Origin: Candidatus Cloacimonadota bacterium
Lineage (GTDB): Bacteria > Cloacimonadota > Cloacimonadia > Cloacimonadales > JAJBBL01
Assembly: GCA_019429305.1 (NCBI GenBank)
Contig: JAHYIR010000004.1
Span: 79,781-143,780 of the forward strand
DNA length: 64,000 nucleotides
Reading direction: 5' to 3'
Shown in pieces: positions 36,890-46,755 of this stretch; the first letter of the stretch is position 1; each line of letters starts with the position of its first letter. The notes beneath the pieces were generated by a model. The model was not told the DNA's origin. It saw only the letters and a program-made list of their open reading frames with translations, and searched no databases. The position numbers and the translations under genes were made by a program.

Positions 36890-38166
36890 GAGATGAATTG
36901 AAAAAAACCGGCGAGATCATCCAGAAGCTATGTAAAGCAGATGACTTTACTTTAATTGTTTCTCATAATCAAGATATTCACACCCGTTTTGCTCAAAATG
37001 GAATCACTCAACATATAGACGGGAAAAATCTCCAGATTCAACTCGAAGTTGCATTTGACAACAAGACCGGATCAGCTTCTGTTAATCAGCTTGATGAAGA
37101 TAGTTTAAAGAATTTGGTCGAAAAAGCTGAACATATTGCTCTGTTAAATAAACCCGATCCCGAATATGTTCCTTCAGAAAAGGCACATCCGTTAAGAGAT
37201 TTGATCAAACCTTCAGCAGCCACTTTAGAGTTACAAGTGGAGCAATTGGTCGATGGCATAGAAAAGTGTATTAAAAATGCCCAAGCAAAAGAAGCAAGGG
37301 CATCGGGTATCTCAGAACGGAGCATAGTAAAGAAATATATGCTTACCAAAAATGGATTCGAAGGTTATGACGAGAATGCTTCCTTTGCCCATTCCATGAC
37401 TATCAAAAAAGAGGGGATCGAAACAAAGGTTTCCGGTTCTGTCACCGATTATGCTCAGTTCTCGATGGAGCAGATGATTGAGCAGTTAAATAATCAATTT
37501 GATTCTCTGAAAGAACCGCAGACTATGGAAAAGGGTAAGCTAGCTGTTATTATGAGACCGCAAGCCGTTGTCCAGTGGCTCTATTATCTGATCTGGACAT
37601 TTCAAATGCGGGAAGCAGATGAAGGAACTAATCCCTATACTGATCAGATGGGTAAACAATTTTTCGGTGAGAATTTCAGTCTCAGATCGGTAGTCAGTAA
37701 CCCCAAGATATCTGCTCCTCTGTTCAATAATAACGGCATTCCCACGAAAGATATTACTTGGATTGAGAATGGTATTATCAAGAATATGCAAGCGGATCGT
37801 TATTATGCTCGTCAGAAAGAGATTGAACCCGCTTCGATATTCAATATCTATATCGAAGGTGGCAATACAAGTGAAGAAGAGATGTTGCAAAAGGCAGGAC
37901 GGGGAGTTATTCTCAATAATCTCTGGTACATCAGACCTATCGATATGAAAAAGGGTGAATGGACCGGCTTGACTCGTGACGGAGTACTCTATTTCGAAAA
38001 CGGTAAGATCCAACATGCTGTCACTAATTTCCGCTGGAATGAGATCTTGCACGATGCTACTAAACGGATCTTAGCACTCGGTCCGATGGAACAGGTCGAA
38101 CACAACGCCTTTGTACCCTCGATGCTGATCGATAATTTCAACTTCGTTGATGTAACGACATTTTAA
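36886..38166 (+). CDS. pmbA: PmbA/TldE family protein (TldD partner)
   Basis: It is translationally coupled to tldD, has the size and overall pattern of the PmbA_TldD family, and lacks the HExxxH motif, as TldE does. Confidence 0.75.
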   Translation: MRDELKKTGEIIQKLCKADDFTLIVSHNQDIHTRFAQNGITQHIDGKNLQIQLEVAFDNKTGSASVNQLDEDSLKNLVEKAEHIALLNKPDPEYVPSEKAHPLRDLIKPSAATLELQVEQLVDGIEKCIKNAQAKEARASGISERSIVKKYMLTKNGFEGYDENASFAHSMTIKKEGIETKVSGSVTDYAQFSMEQMIEQLNNQFDSLKEPQTMEKGKLAVIMRPQAVVQWLYYLIWTFQMREADEGTNPYTDQMGKQFFGENFSLRSVVSNPKISAPLFNNNGIPTKDITWIENGIIKNMQADRYYARQKEIEPASIFNIYIEGGNTSEEEMLQKAGRGVILNNLWYIRPIDMKKGEWTGLTRDGVLYFENGKIQHAVTNFRWNEILHDATKRILALGPMEQVEHNAFVPSMLIDNFNFVDVTTF

Positions 38167-38205
38167 CTTCAAGGATGAAAGCATATATCAGAAGCAAGAA
38201 AAAAA

Positions 38206-38250
38206 ACATCCACTGATGTACACAGATTAAAAAACAATCAACACTGATAA
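38206..38250 (+). repeat. repeat module G
   Basis: 'catccactgatgtacacagattaaaaaacaatcaacactgataaa'. Confidence 0.6.
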
Positions 38251-38256
38251 ATTCAT

Positions 38257-38285
38257 TGTAGGGGCGGTTCATGAACCGCCCTTTT
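38257..38285 (+). terminator. repeat module D acting as a probable rho-independent terminator after tldD-pmbA
   Basis: The perfect 20-bp palindrome gggcggttcatgaaccgccc is followed by tttt, about 95 nt after the pmbA stop. Confidence 0.6.
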
Positions 38286-38571
38286 AAATAGAACACGGAT
38301 CTGACGGAAAAATTGGATTGAAAAGGATTTGTTATCATATAGAACTTTTCTGTGTCATAAACAATAGTAATGTCAAAAGCATGAAGGATATGAAGGGGAT
38401 ATTTCTGAATGTAGAGATTTCATAACGGACTGTTTCGAAAAAAAGCGAGCAAAGAAAAGATTATTACTAACAGATAATTATAACGAATGATTGACAGGCA
38501 TTGAGAGTAAAAGAAAAGTAAAAAAACACGAGATAGAACAGAATTGAATAGGGAAGAGGTTTGAATAGACT

Positions 38572-39762
38572 ATGAAAGATTATGCCGAATTGTTCAGTAT
38601 AGAAGAGGGGTATATAGCCCTCAATCATGGTAGTTTTGGAGCTTGTACGAAAGAGGTGATGCAATATTACATCGATCTGCAAAGGCGCATGGAGAGTCTG
38701 ACTACCAGGTTTTTCTCGATAGAACTAAAACCTTTGATCATAGATTCTTTGAACACTTTAGCTAAATTCGTTAACGCTTCTCCCGATAATCTCGTTTTTG
38801 TCAGGAACGCTACAACTGCTGCCAATTCGGTGATCAATTCATTACCTTGGGAGAAGGGTGATGAGATCGTATCTGTCAATCTCATTTATGAAGCATGCAG
38901 ACATCTATTGAACTATCTCTCTGAGAGCAAAGGGGTCGTGCAAAGAATAGTTCAGCTTCCTTTTCCAGTGAGCAATGAAGAGGAGATAGTAAACGGTATC
39001 ATGAGTCTGGTTAATAATAAAACCAAACTCGTCTTTCTCGATCATGTAACGAGTGAAACGGCAACGATCTTACCGATAGAGAGGATCATTAAGCAATTAA
39101 AAGTCCATAATATCCCGGTTTTTATTGATGGTGCTCATGCTCCGGGCATGATTCCACTTGATCTGGAAAAATTAGCTCCTGATTTCTATACGGGGAATTG
39201 TCATAAATGGCTCTGTGCCCCTAAAGGGTCGGCTTTCTTATATGTCTCTTCTGAAAGACAGCAAGATATGATCCCCACCGTTATCAGTTTCTTTTTCCGC
39301 AGAGGGGATACTCCGCAAGAACAGTTCTTCAATTCTTTTTTCTGGACAGGTACTGCAACCGATTATCTGGCCTGCTGTTCAGTAAAACCGGCTATCGAGT
39401 ATCTTGATAGTATAATAGATGGTGGCTGGCAGAAAATTATGGAACGCAATCGACAACTTGTTAAAAAGGGGAGAGAGATCATTAAAGAAGTTCTTAAACT
39501 CGATCAATATACACCCGATGAGATGACCGGTTCAATGGTAACATTCAAACTCAATTCCAAAGCTGACAAAGATCCCAACACCAATGCAGATAAACTGCTT
39601 ATCAAACTGCTCGATGAATGCCGGATAGAGTCTTTTATCGCCACTCTCTATCAAACCGATGAAAGAATCTTAAGAATAAGTGCTCATCTCTACAACAAAG
39701 AGAGTGAATATAGCAAGTTAGCCGACTGTTTGCTTAAACTCGGCTACGGCTCCCATAGATGA
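38572..39762 (+). CDS. class V aminotransferase-fold PLP enzyme (isopenicillin-N epimerase / cysteine desulfurase-like)
   Basis: LNHGSFGACTKEV and DGAHAPG are present, with the PLP lysine in GNCHKWLCAPKGSAFLYV. Confidence 0.8.
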   Translation: MKDYAELFSIEEGYIALNHGSFGACTKEVMQYYIDLQRRMESLTTRFFSIELKPLIIDSLNTLAKFVNASPDNLVFVRNATTAANSVINSLPWEKGDEIVSVNLIYEACRHLLNYLSESKGVVQRIVQLPFPVSNEEEIVNGIMSLVNNKTKLVFLDHVTSETATILPIERIIKQLKVHNIPVFIDGAHAPGMIPLDLEKLAPDFYTGNCHKWLCAPKGSAFLYVSSERQQDMIPTVISFFFRRGDTPQEQFFNSFFWTGTATDYLACCSVKPAIEYLDSIIDGGWQKIMERNRQLVKKGREIIKEVLKLDQYTPDEMTGSMVTFKLNSKADKDPNTNADKLLIKLLDECRIESFIATLYQTDERILRISAHLYNKESEYSKLADCLLKLGYGSHR

Positions 39763-39933
39763 TCAAGTTGTTTCAAGCCTATTCTTGAATCGTTACGATA
39801 GTAATGGATTGAAAAAAGACTTTCTTTCTCTAATCGACTATATACTATTCAATTGAGGGATTTACTTTGTTAAACGACTATCCCATAACTGCTAAATCTA
39901 AAAAATCCTGATTTGATGAGGGTTTCCTATCAT

Positions 39934-39994
39934 CTACTTCTAGGAAGGAGCGTAGTCGGCTAAAGCTGACAACGCTACTCCCTAAAAGTAGAAG
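39934..39994. repeat. long hairpin repeat module I (second copy)
   Basis: 'ctacttctaggaaggagcgtagtcggctaaagctgacaacgctactccctaaaagtagaag'. The outer stem ctacttctagg/cctaaaagtag and the 'tagtcggc' core are shared with 15252-15311. Confidence 0.6.
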
Positions 39995-40114
39995 AAAATT
40001 TTATTGATCAGTGAGCAATTTTACTAACATTGCTCTCATCTTTCTCTTCAAAACTATTTTATAAAACCTTATATACTGAATAATGAATGATTCTGGTTCT
40101 TGTAGTAAAGGTAA

Positions 40115-42163
40115 CTATTCAGTAGAAGCTACTACTCTATAAAATTTCTTTTGCTCGGTTAGCATCTGCGAATAAGCCGGTTCACCAACAACAGCGATCT
40201 CTTGCCAATCCTCAACGTAAGGATCATCAGATGCATAGATGATGTATGTGTTAACTCCTACAATAGCTTCCCAGCTTAAGTTGACCATGTTATCTGTTAT
40301 CGAGATCTCCACATTATGTGGAGGAAGAGGATTAAAATAAGCGATCGCAAGGTCTATATCGGCATTAAACACGAAACATATTTCAGCATCATAGAATTCT
40401 TCACTATCTAATGTCCAATTGTGAAATACCCAATCCTCAGCGGGTACGGCGAGAAGTTCAACATACTCTCCCAGGCCATAAAGAATAAATGCGGGATATT
40501 CATCTAACTCATAACTGTTCAGATGTACAGTTCCTTGACCAATAACATCAACCGAAAATCCATAATCGACAGCAATAAACATTAAACTGATTTCAATATC
40601 ATCTATGCACCAATAATTGATATTAGCTGAGTCACCTTCAAAAACCCAAGCCAAATAGATAGTCTCTGATCTTACCTGTTCTAAATAGATAAAACTCGAT
40701 ACTATTTCTGGTCCCAGATTACTATCCTGATCAATAACTGACCAGGTATCAGTCCATTCTAATCCATCAGTTGAATATTGCAGTTTAAGAGTATAAAGTC
40801 CACTATTATGATCTACATAATGCCTAAACTGAATTTCTAACCATACTTCCATATAGTCTGAGTTTTCGATGCTTTCATAGACAAGTGGTGGAGTAACAAG
40901 TTGAAATTCACCTGTTATAGACGGAGTTCCTGTAAAACTCATCTCTGGTGATATGCCACCGGCATAATTTGTGTTAGTTACACCCCAGTTAGATACATCA
41001 CTTGTCCAACCTAATGGTATTTGACCGGTTGGTGTGTTATCAAATGATTGAGAATATGGAAGTAGTGATTCTCCCAGTTCTTGCCATAAGAAATAAGGAT
41101 AGCCATCATTAATACTATAATCAATATCAGCTGACCATAAATCATCAAAATCCCAATCAACATAAGTATTTAAGGCATATGGGTAAGTCATTTCTTCCGT
41201 AATTCTACCAATACCCCCAGAACTTGATGATTGTCCGGATGTTTCTGTGTTCCAATAGCTGTTAGTTACGGTGGAACCCCATTGATATCCTACCAAACCA
41301 CCGACATATCCTTCCTCTCCACTCACAATTCCCGTGCTATAGCTGTTATGAACAGTGGCATTTCCAGATTGTCCTCCCACCAGACCACCGACATCCCAAA
41401 CTCCGCTCACATTACCTGTGCTATAACAGTTACTGATGGTAGGATACCAATATTGATACCCCACGAGCCCCCCGACATAATATACTTCAAATCCACCGCT
41501 CACATTACCCGTACTGTAACTGTTCATTACGGTGGAATAAGCACCTGCTTGGGCTCCAACAAGACCGCCGAGTTTGTAACCTGTTCCACTTATATTAGCT
41601 GTACTATAACTGTTGCTAACGGTAGCCATACTCTGCTCACCCACAAGACCACCTATACACATATAACCTGAGATATTTCCAGTGGTGTAGCAGTTGTCGA
41701 TGTAAGTAGAAGCAAATTGATATCCTGTAATGCCACCGACGTAAGAATACCCGGTTATATTAATGTTCGTCAAACGAAGGTTCTGTATATATACTCCGGC
41801 ATTCATGTAACCAAATAGTCCTATATAATTTGTTGTTGGTCGATTGATAAAAAGACCGTCAATTTTGTAGCCCAGTCCGTTATATGATGCACCAGTAAGA
41901 TAATTATCGCCATCTGTTCCTATTGGTATCCATCCTTGTCCATTAAACCAAGTAACTGTTTCCGAGGCATCAATGTCGGCTGTCTGGATAAAGTAGCTTG
42001 ACCAGTGAGAAGGGTTAACAGCTATCCAATAGAGGTTTCCCAATGAAGATATTTGATAAGGATTTGTTTCTGTTCCATCTCCTATTGACGGTGGTACTGC
42101 TGTCTGAGATAAGAGTAATGATGAAAGTAAAAGTAAAATGAAAAGCACTAATAAACGTTTCAT
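40115..42163 (-). CDS. secreted GLUG-motif repeat protein with C-terminal FN3-like domain
   Basis: A GGAGGT RBS precedes the second ATG (MKRLLVLFILLLL signal peptide). At least six ~29-aa repeats follow the pattern GGLVG.Q....V.NSYSTGNVSG. The C-terminal region is FN3-like (VNLSWEAIVGVNTYIIY..FYRVVA). Confidence 0.75.
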   Translation of the reverse strand: MKRLLVLFILLLLSSLLLSQTAVPPSIGDGTETNPYQISSLGNLYWIAVNPSHWSSYFIQTADIDASETVTWFNGQGWIPIGTDGDNYLTGASYNGLGYKIDGLFINRPTTNYIGLFGYMNAGVYIQNLRLTNINITGYSYVGGITGYQFASTYIDNCYTTGNISGYMCIGGLVGEQSMATVSNSYSTANISGTGYKLGGLVGAQAGAYSTVMNSYSTGNVSGGFEVYYVGGLVGYQYWYPTISNCYSTGNVSGVWDVGGLVGGQSGNATVHNSYSTGIVSGEEGYVGGLVGYQWGSTVTNSYWNTETSGQSSSSGGIGRITEEMTYPYALNTYVDWDFDDLWSADIDYSINDGYPYFLWQELGESLLPYSQSFDNTPTGQIPLGWTSDVSNWGVTNTNYAGGISPEMSFTGTPSITGEFQLVTPPLVYESIENSDYMEVWLEIQFRHYVDHNSGLYTLKLQYSTDGLEWTDTWSVIDQDSNLGPEIVSSFIYLEQVRSETIYLAWVFEGDSANINYWCIDDIEISLMFIAVDYGFSVDVIGQGTVHLNSYELDEYPAFILYGLGEYVELLAVPAEDWVFHNWTLDSEEFYDAEICFVFNADIDLAIAYFNPLPPHNVEISITDNMVNLSWEAIVGVNTYIIYASDDPYVEDWQEIAVVGEPAYSQMLTEQKKFYRVVASTE

Positions 42164-42365
42164 AGTAACCTCCATATATTAGATATAAAGTATATCAATA
42201 AGACTGAAAAAGTTCATTGAATTGTCAAGAAAATTTGATAAGATTAGGTTTTTTTATTATGATGTCAGTCACAGCTTAATAATTTAAATCAGATAAGCAA
42301 ATTCTCTACAAAGTCCAAAAAATCCACTTCTTGATTTTTACTTGCCCCAAAGCATCCTACTAGAC

Positions 42366-42437
42366 ACTTTCCTCGGTTCTTTAGAATTGATAACGTCGAG
42401 CTCAGAAGCAGAGAGTAAGAAGTAGTTCCCTCGGTTC
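42366..42437. repeat. degenerate module C-related repeat
   Basis: 'actttcctcggttc...cgtcgagctcagaagcag...agttccctcggttc' shares the cgtcgagctc.gaagcag and cctcggttc blocks with module C. Confidence 0.5.
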
Positions 42438-42541
42438 TGCAAAAAGCCATCATGCAATTTAGTACATAAATAAAATCTTTGCGGAAACCATATAAGTGGT
42501 TGAAATCATAGTTGATATACTGGTATTAAGAACCAATCATT

Positions 42542-42571
42542 ATGAAAAAGTCCATCGTGATGATGGACTTT
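42542..42571 (-). terminator. rho-independent terminator closing the long minus-strand array (after the PP2C gene)
   Basis: The minus strand reads AAAGTCCATC-atcac-GATGGACTTT followed by TT (a run of 5 T including the stem). It lies about 35 nt after the PP2C stop. Confidence 0.6.
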
Positions 42572-42602
42572 GTTGTAATTTTAAACTCTATAGGATATTT
42601 TA

Positions 42603-43331
42603 TCAACTCATGTAATTAGATAGGAGAATAATGGAGATATCATCATCCGAATCTTCATTCAAAGCAGCTTCTATGATCTTTTGACTGTTCTCTTCCAATG
42701 TGGTTTTCATATCGATCAAAGAATGGATCTTCTCGTCAGTCAAATAATCGGTAATACCATCGGAACAGAGAAGAAAGAGCTGTTTCTTGGCAATACTGAT
42801 CTCAAAAGGTTTTAGATCAATATCTCTTCCCATCGCTATATGCTTGGTGATCAAGTGACTTGAAGGGTGTCTGATCATCTCATCCTTTTTCAGTTTTCCC
42901 TTTCGGAATTGCTCCCAGACAAGCGAATCATCTTCGGTGATCTGCACTAATTGATCTTTCTCATAGCTGTACAATCTACTGTCACCAACGTTGGCAACAA
43001 TGCCCTTATCGTTATTGATCAGTAGAGCAACCATTGTAGTTCCCATACCGTTGCATTTTGAATGAATGACAGAATAGTCATAAAGGAAACGGTTTGCCTC
43101 TTTAACGATCTCTATCATCCACTCTTTAGTATAGGGGGGATTGTATTCTTCAAGAAAGCTGTCAGCGATAGATTTGACACATAATCTACTGGCGACCTCT
43201 CCACTTGGAGCACCACCTAAACCATCGCAAACAATAGCTAATAGTTTATCTTCTCTTTCATTAACTTCCTGATAATCTTGATTCTTACGGGTCTTCTTAC
43301 CCTGTATCGATTCTATAAAATATTTCCACAT
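42603..43331 (-). CDS. PP2C-family Ser/Thr protein phosphatase
   Basis: The motifs are AIVCDGLGG, GTTMVALL, NVGDSRLY, LLCSDGITD and DDISIILL. Confidence 0.85.
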   Translation of the reverse strand: MWKYFIESIQGKKTRKNQDYQEVNEREDKLLAIVCDGLGGAPSGEVASRLCVKSIADSFLEEYNPPYTKEWMIEIVKEANRFLYDYSVIHSKCNGMGTTMVALLINNDKGIVANVGDSRLYSYEKDQLVQITEDDSLVWEQFRKGKLKKDEMIRHPSSHLITKHIAMGRDIDLKPFEISIAKKQLFLLCSDGITDYLTDEKIHSLIDMKTTLEENSQKIIEAALNEDSDDDISIILLSNYMS

Positions 43332-43413
43332 ATCATTCTCTTTCGGTTATAAAAAAGTTATAAAGATGCTATCTCTTGAATTAGATCAGAGATATTCTAA
43401 GCGAAATGCAAAT

Positions 43414-43962
43414 CTATTGCTGTTGTTCAAGGAGATGGTCTAATTCTTGAAACGCCTGAGAAGCTTTGAATTGATTATAAAGTGCCTCTTCATTTCTGAT
43501 CTGATTGCGCAGGTTGCGATTGATCTCGTCTTTAGGTATACTGACTCTGATAAATGTTTGATATCTACCATCTTCTTTAATATAAGATTCTCTTTTTGAT
43601 ATCTGGGTACCGGAGAATTTAGCATTGGAAATAACTCTGGCTACACTGCTTGTTAAAGCTAAAACCTGCGGGTCTTTAACACCGGCTTCTTCGGTATAGT
43701 TCTTAATCAAACTCTGAACGTGTGCTTCTACATAGTTAGCAGCTTCCTGCATGGCATTAGCATAGGCAGCTTGTTCAGAAGCATTTTGGCTTACTTTCTC
43801 TGCTTGTCCATAGGTATAGACGTATTCAGGATTATCCTGTAGATCATACCAATCAGGATGAAATGCTTGTGTTAACTTAGCTTTTGATGATTTACCGGAA
43901 GAACATGCTGTCAAAATTAATAGACCAATTACTGCTAATACTATTAAATTCTTAAATTTCAT
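43414..43962 (-). CDS. hypothetical lipoprotein (LPP20-like?)
   Basis: A GGGAGGT RBS precedes ATG 43962. The signal peptide has lipobox LTACSS. The ORF-track start at 44019 adds 19 residues with no RBS. Confidence 0.6.
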   Translation of the reverse strand: MKFKNLIVLAVIGLLILTACSSGKSSKAKLTQAFHPDWYDLQDNPEYVYTYGQAEKVSQNASEQAAYANAMQEAANYVEAHVQSLIKNYTEEAGVKDPQVLALTSSVARVISNAKFSGTQISKRESYIKEDGRYQTFIRVSIPKDEINRNLRNQIRNEEALYNQFKASQAFQELDHLLEQQQ

Positions 43963-44113
43963 CGTAACCTCCCTGTTCCGAGATATTATAGTTGATTTAT
44001 TATCGTTTTGATTTATCATTAAATTTCATTATCGATTTCATTAAGCTATTGTCAATGATTTTTTATTTTTCTTTAATCTCCCTTGATAAATTGAAAACCT
44101 AACTGAAAAAGTA

Positions 44114-44890
44114 CTAAACCTCTATATGAACTCTTTGAAATGTGTCATTTCGGATCCAACCTATGATACCTGATGGTAGGGTTATCTGACTCCAGCCGTT
44201 TTGTGTCATATTTATTCTGAAGATCATTCCTTCGTGGATGCGGAAAATGCTTTCATAATCATCTGCAGGTCCGCTGAATCCGGTTGTGGAAGATGCAGTC
44301 AGAACAGCTTCCGAATCATTATGCAAGTGTTGCCAACGATAGTAGGTTATCCCTCCGCTGATAAGCAACAGGAAAATAATGATAGTGAGGATAAATAAGG
44401 GTATAGTCTTCTCTTTTCCGGAAAATAAGATTATTATTACATTGATAATCAAGACAACCAGAATGAAAAGGGCTAAGATTATAATAAAAAGCGTGTTTAA
44501 GGGTAAAGTAAACACTATTTGATCGACAATCCTTAAAATTGGATTGGTTTCTTCTATTACTTGTCTGTCCTGAGTCAGAGATAATGAATACCTAAGATTA
44601 TTTTGCAACGTTTGATTATATGGCTCAAGACGTAACCCTTTTTTATAATAGAGGATAGCGTGACCAATGTTATCTAAACGGAAATAGGTATTACCGATAT
44701 TATAATACAGTTTGGCATTTACAACCCCCTCCTCTGTTAGATGAAGAAATGACTGGAGAGCTAATTCGTAATTTCGTTCTTGATAGGCGTTGACTCCCCT
44801 CTGAAAGATCTCGTCATTATCAAAGATCGCCGATAATTGTAGTGTTACTGCTAACAGTACCAGAGTTAACAAACAAATTTTCCAGAACAT
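44114..44890 (-). CDS. batE: BatE-like protein (TPR + TM + C-terminal SH3b-like domain)
   Basis: It holds the last position of the Bat operon. TPR repeats (YNIGNTYFRLDN..AILYYKKGL) and an SH3-like end (GWSQITLPSGIIGWIRND) are present. Confidence 0.7.
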   Translation of the reverse strand: MFWKICLLTLVLLAVTLQLSAIFDNDEIFQRGVNAYQERNYELALQSFLHLTEEGVVNAKLYYNIGNTYFRLDNIGHAILYYKKGLRLEPYNQTLQNNLRYSLSLTQDRQVIEETNPILRIVDQIVFTLPLNTLFIIILALFILVVLIINVIIILFSGKEKTIPLFILTIIIFLLLISGGITYYRWQHLHNDSEAVLTASSTTGFSGPADDYESIFRIHEGMIFRINMTQNGWSQITLPSGIIGWIRNDTFQRVHIEV

Positions 44891-46725
44891 TATTTTCCTT
44901 TCTCTACTATCTCATTTTGTTTTTTGCTGTTTTTCTTCTGACGGCTGATCAGTGCCACAGTATCTTGTAATTCACGATAATCTTCTGCTATCTTGTCTTT
45001 AATAAAACCACCAGGCATAAACCGGGCTTCCAAGCAGCGATTGATGATCTTTCTGATCTTATCTATCATTTCAGGTGAATATAGTTGTCGTTGTAATTCA
45101 ATGATAATCGTTTCAGTAGTGCTACCCCGCGGTATTTTAAGATTATCTGTCAGGTAATTGGCTAACCCGGTGTTGACAAAAGTATAGAAATCGAGGTTAC
45201 CATCTTTAGCTGCTTTGGTAGCTTTATGCATATATTTATGTAGGATCTTACGAGCTTGTTTTTGCCTGACATAATTGACATCGGATGCCAATTTTGCTCT
45301 TTCTTTTCTATAAACGAAGGCGAGAGGAATAGTCAATGAGAACAACAACCAGGTTAGCCAATAGAATAATGAGCGGTTTAAATAACCGTTCTGATCTAGG
45401 TTAACAGCACTATAGATGTAATAAATATCTGCTCCCTCTGCTATTACATCCTGTTGCGCTACCGTCAAAGGGATAGTTCTCATTTCGGAGGGGTTGACGG
45501 ATATTGGGTATGATGAAGTCTGTAGAGTTTGATAACTATTCCGTTCGGGATTATAAAAGGCAAAAGTTAATGCCGGAATATTAAAATTTCCTTCTTCGGT
45601 CAGGATAACTGGGTAACGAATTGTTTTACTGCCGGCTACACGTTCACCTTCGAGTTTGGAATCGGTTGTTACTTCAGGATCTATATGACGCAGATAAGTC
45701 GTTTGTGGGAATGGAGGCGGATCAAAGTGTTTGAAATTACCGTTTCCAGTGATCCGGAGAGTATAGGTGAAGGTATCTCCCACATTGAATTCCTGCTCAC
45801 GGATCTCAGAGCGTATTTGGAAGTTACCGACAGCGCCAGTGAAGCTATCCGGTCTTCCCTCCAGCGGTAATTCTCTCACACTAATAGAGACAGGTTTACT
45901 GGCTACTCTGAGCTTGCGAGTTGAATCAAAATCAAAGAAAGTTCTCGGACGGACAATAATATCAGTATCGATCTCTAATGATGGTATTATCAAAGTTCCG
46001 CTTTGATTAGGGTAGAGGACTAAAGTACGGAGTCTCATGACATTAAAAAGTGAACCGCGATAATTTGTCCTCTGAAAGTTCATACGGTTAGCAAAGAAGA
46101 TATCATCTTTCCAGAAACCGATGAAGTTTGGTTCATTAACATAGGTCAGGTTAGCAAGATCGTATCTACTATAAAGGTTGTAATGAACTACCAGCGGTTC
46201 TCCTCTCATGACTGTTGTCTTTGAGGGTTCAGCTAAGATGAAGATATTGTCGGCAATTTGTTCGGGTTCAACTGCTTGATCTCTAAACTGTCTGGACAGA
46301 GGAGGGGGTTGAGTAGTACCTTCTACTACGGTAATACGAATAGGATTAGTCGCTAAGGTTTGTTGGTCAGTTTGGATCGAGATAGGGGGGATGAGGAATT
46401 GCCCGGTTGTCTGAGGTCGGAGAGAATAGATATAGCTTCTGGAAACGGTACTGGTCATACGACCATTAACTATGGAAACAGATGATGAGGAGGATGTTGA
46501 AGTTCCGATATTAGTGAATCCGGAGATCTCCGGTAATTCCGGTTGTCCTACTTTGCCTGCATCTACGCCGGAAATCTCGATAGTGAACCGTAGGACATCA
46601 TCCAAGCCAATTCTCGTTTGATCAACATAGGAATTAACAGAGAGCTCTGAAGCCAATAAAGGGATCAGAACCATAGATAAGATGATCAATGACCAAACTG
46701 TTCTTCTTCTCATACTGTTCCTCAA
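44890..46725 (-). CDS. batD: BatD-like oxygen-tolerance protein
   Basis: The protein is about 600 aa with a signal peptide, repeated beta-rich BatD-type modules, and a late TM segment followed by a cytoplasmic tail. It lies between the BatC-like and BatE-like genes. Confidence 0.75.
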   Translation of the reverse strand: MRNSMRRRTVWSLIILSMVLIPLLASELSVNSYVDQTRIGLDDVLRFTIEISGVDAGKVGQPELPEISGFTNIGTSTSSSSSVSIVNGRMTSTVSRSYIYSLRPQTTGQFLIPPISIQTDQQTLATNPIRITVVEGTTQPPPLSRQFRDQAVEPEQIADNIFILAEPSKTTVMRGEPLVVHYNLYSRYDLANLTYVNEPNFIGFWKDDIFFANRMNFQRTNYRGSLFNVMRLRTLVLYPNQSGTLIIPSLEIDTDIIVRPRTFFDFDSTRKLRVASKPVSISVRELPLEGRPDSFTGAVGNFQIRSEIREQEFNVGDTFTYTLRITGNGNFKHFDPPPFPQTTYLRHIDPEVTTDSKLEGERVAGSKTIRYPVILTEEGNFNIPALTFAFYNPERNSYQTLQTSSYPISVNPSEMRTIPLTVAQQDVIAEGADIYYIYSAVNLDQNGYLNRSLFYWLTWLLFSLTIPLAFVYRKERAKLASDVNYVRQKQARKILHKYMHKATKAAKDGNLDFYTFVNTGLANYLTDNLKIPRGSTTETIIIELQRQLYSPEMIDKIRKIINRCLEARFMPGGFIKDKIAEDYRELQDTVALISRQKKNSKKQNEIVEKGK

Positions 46726-46755
46726 GTTATACTATACCACGATCTGTAATAAACA

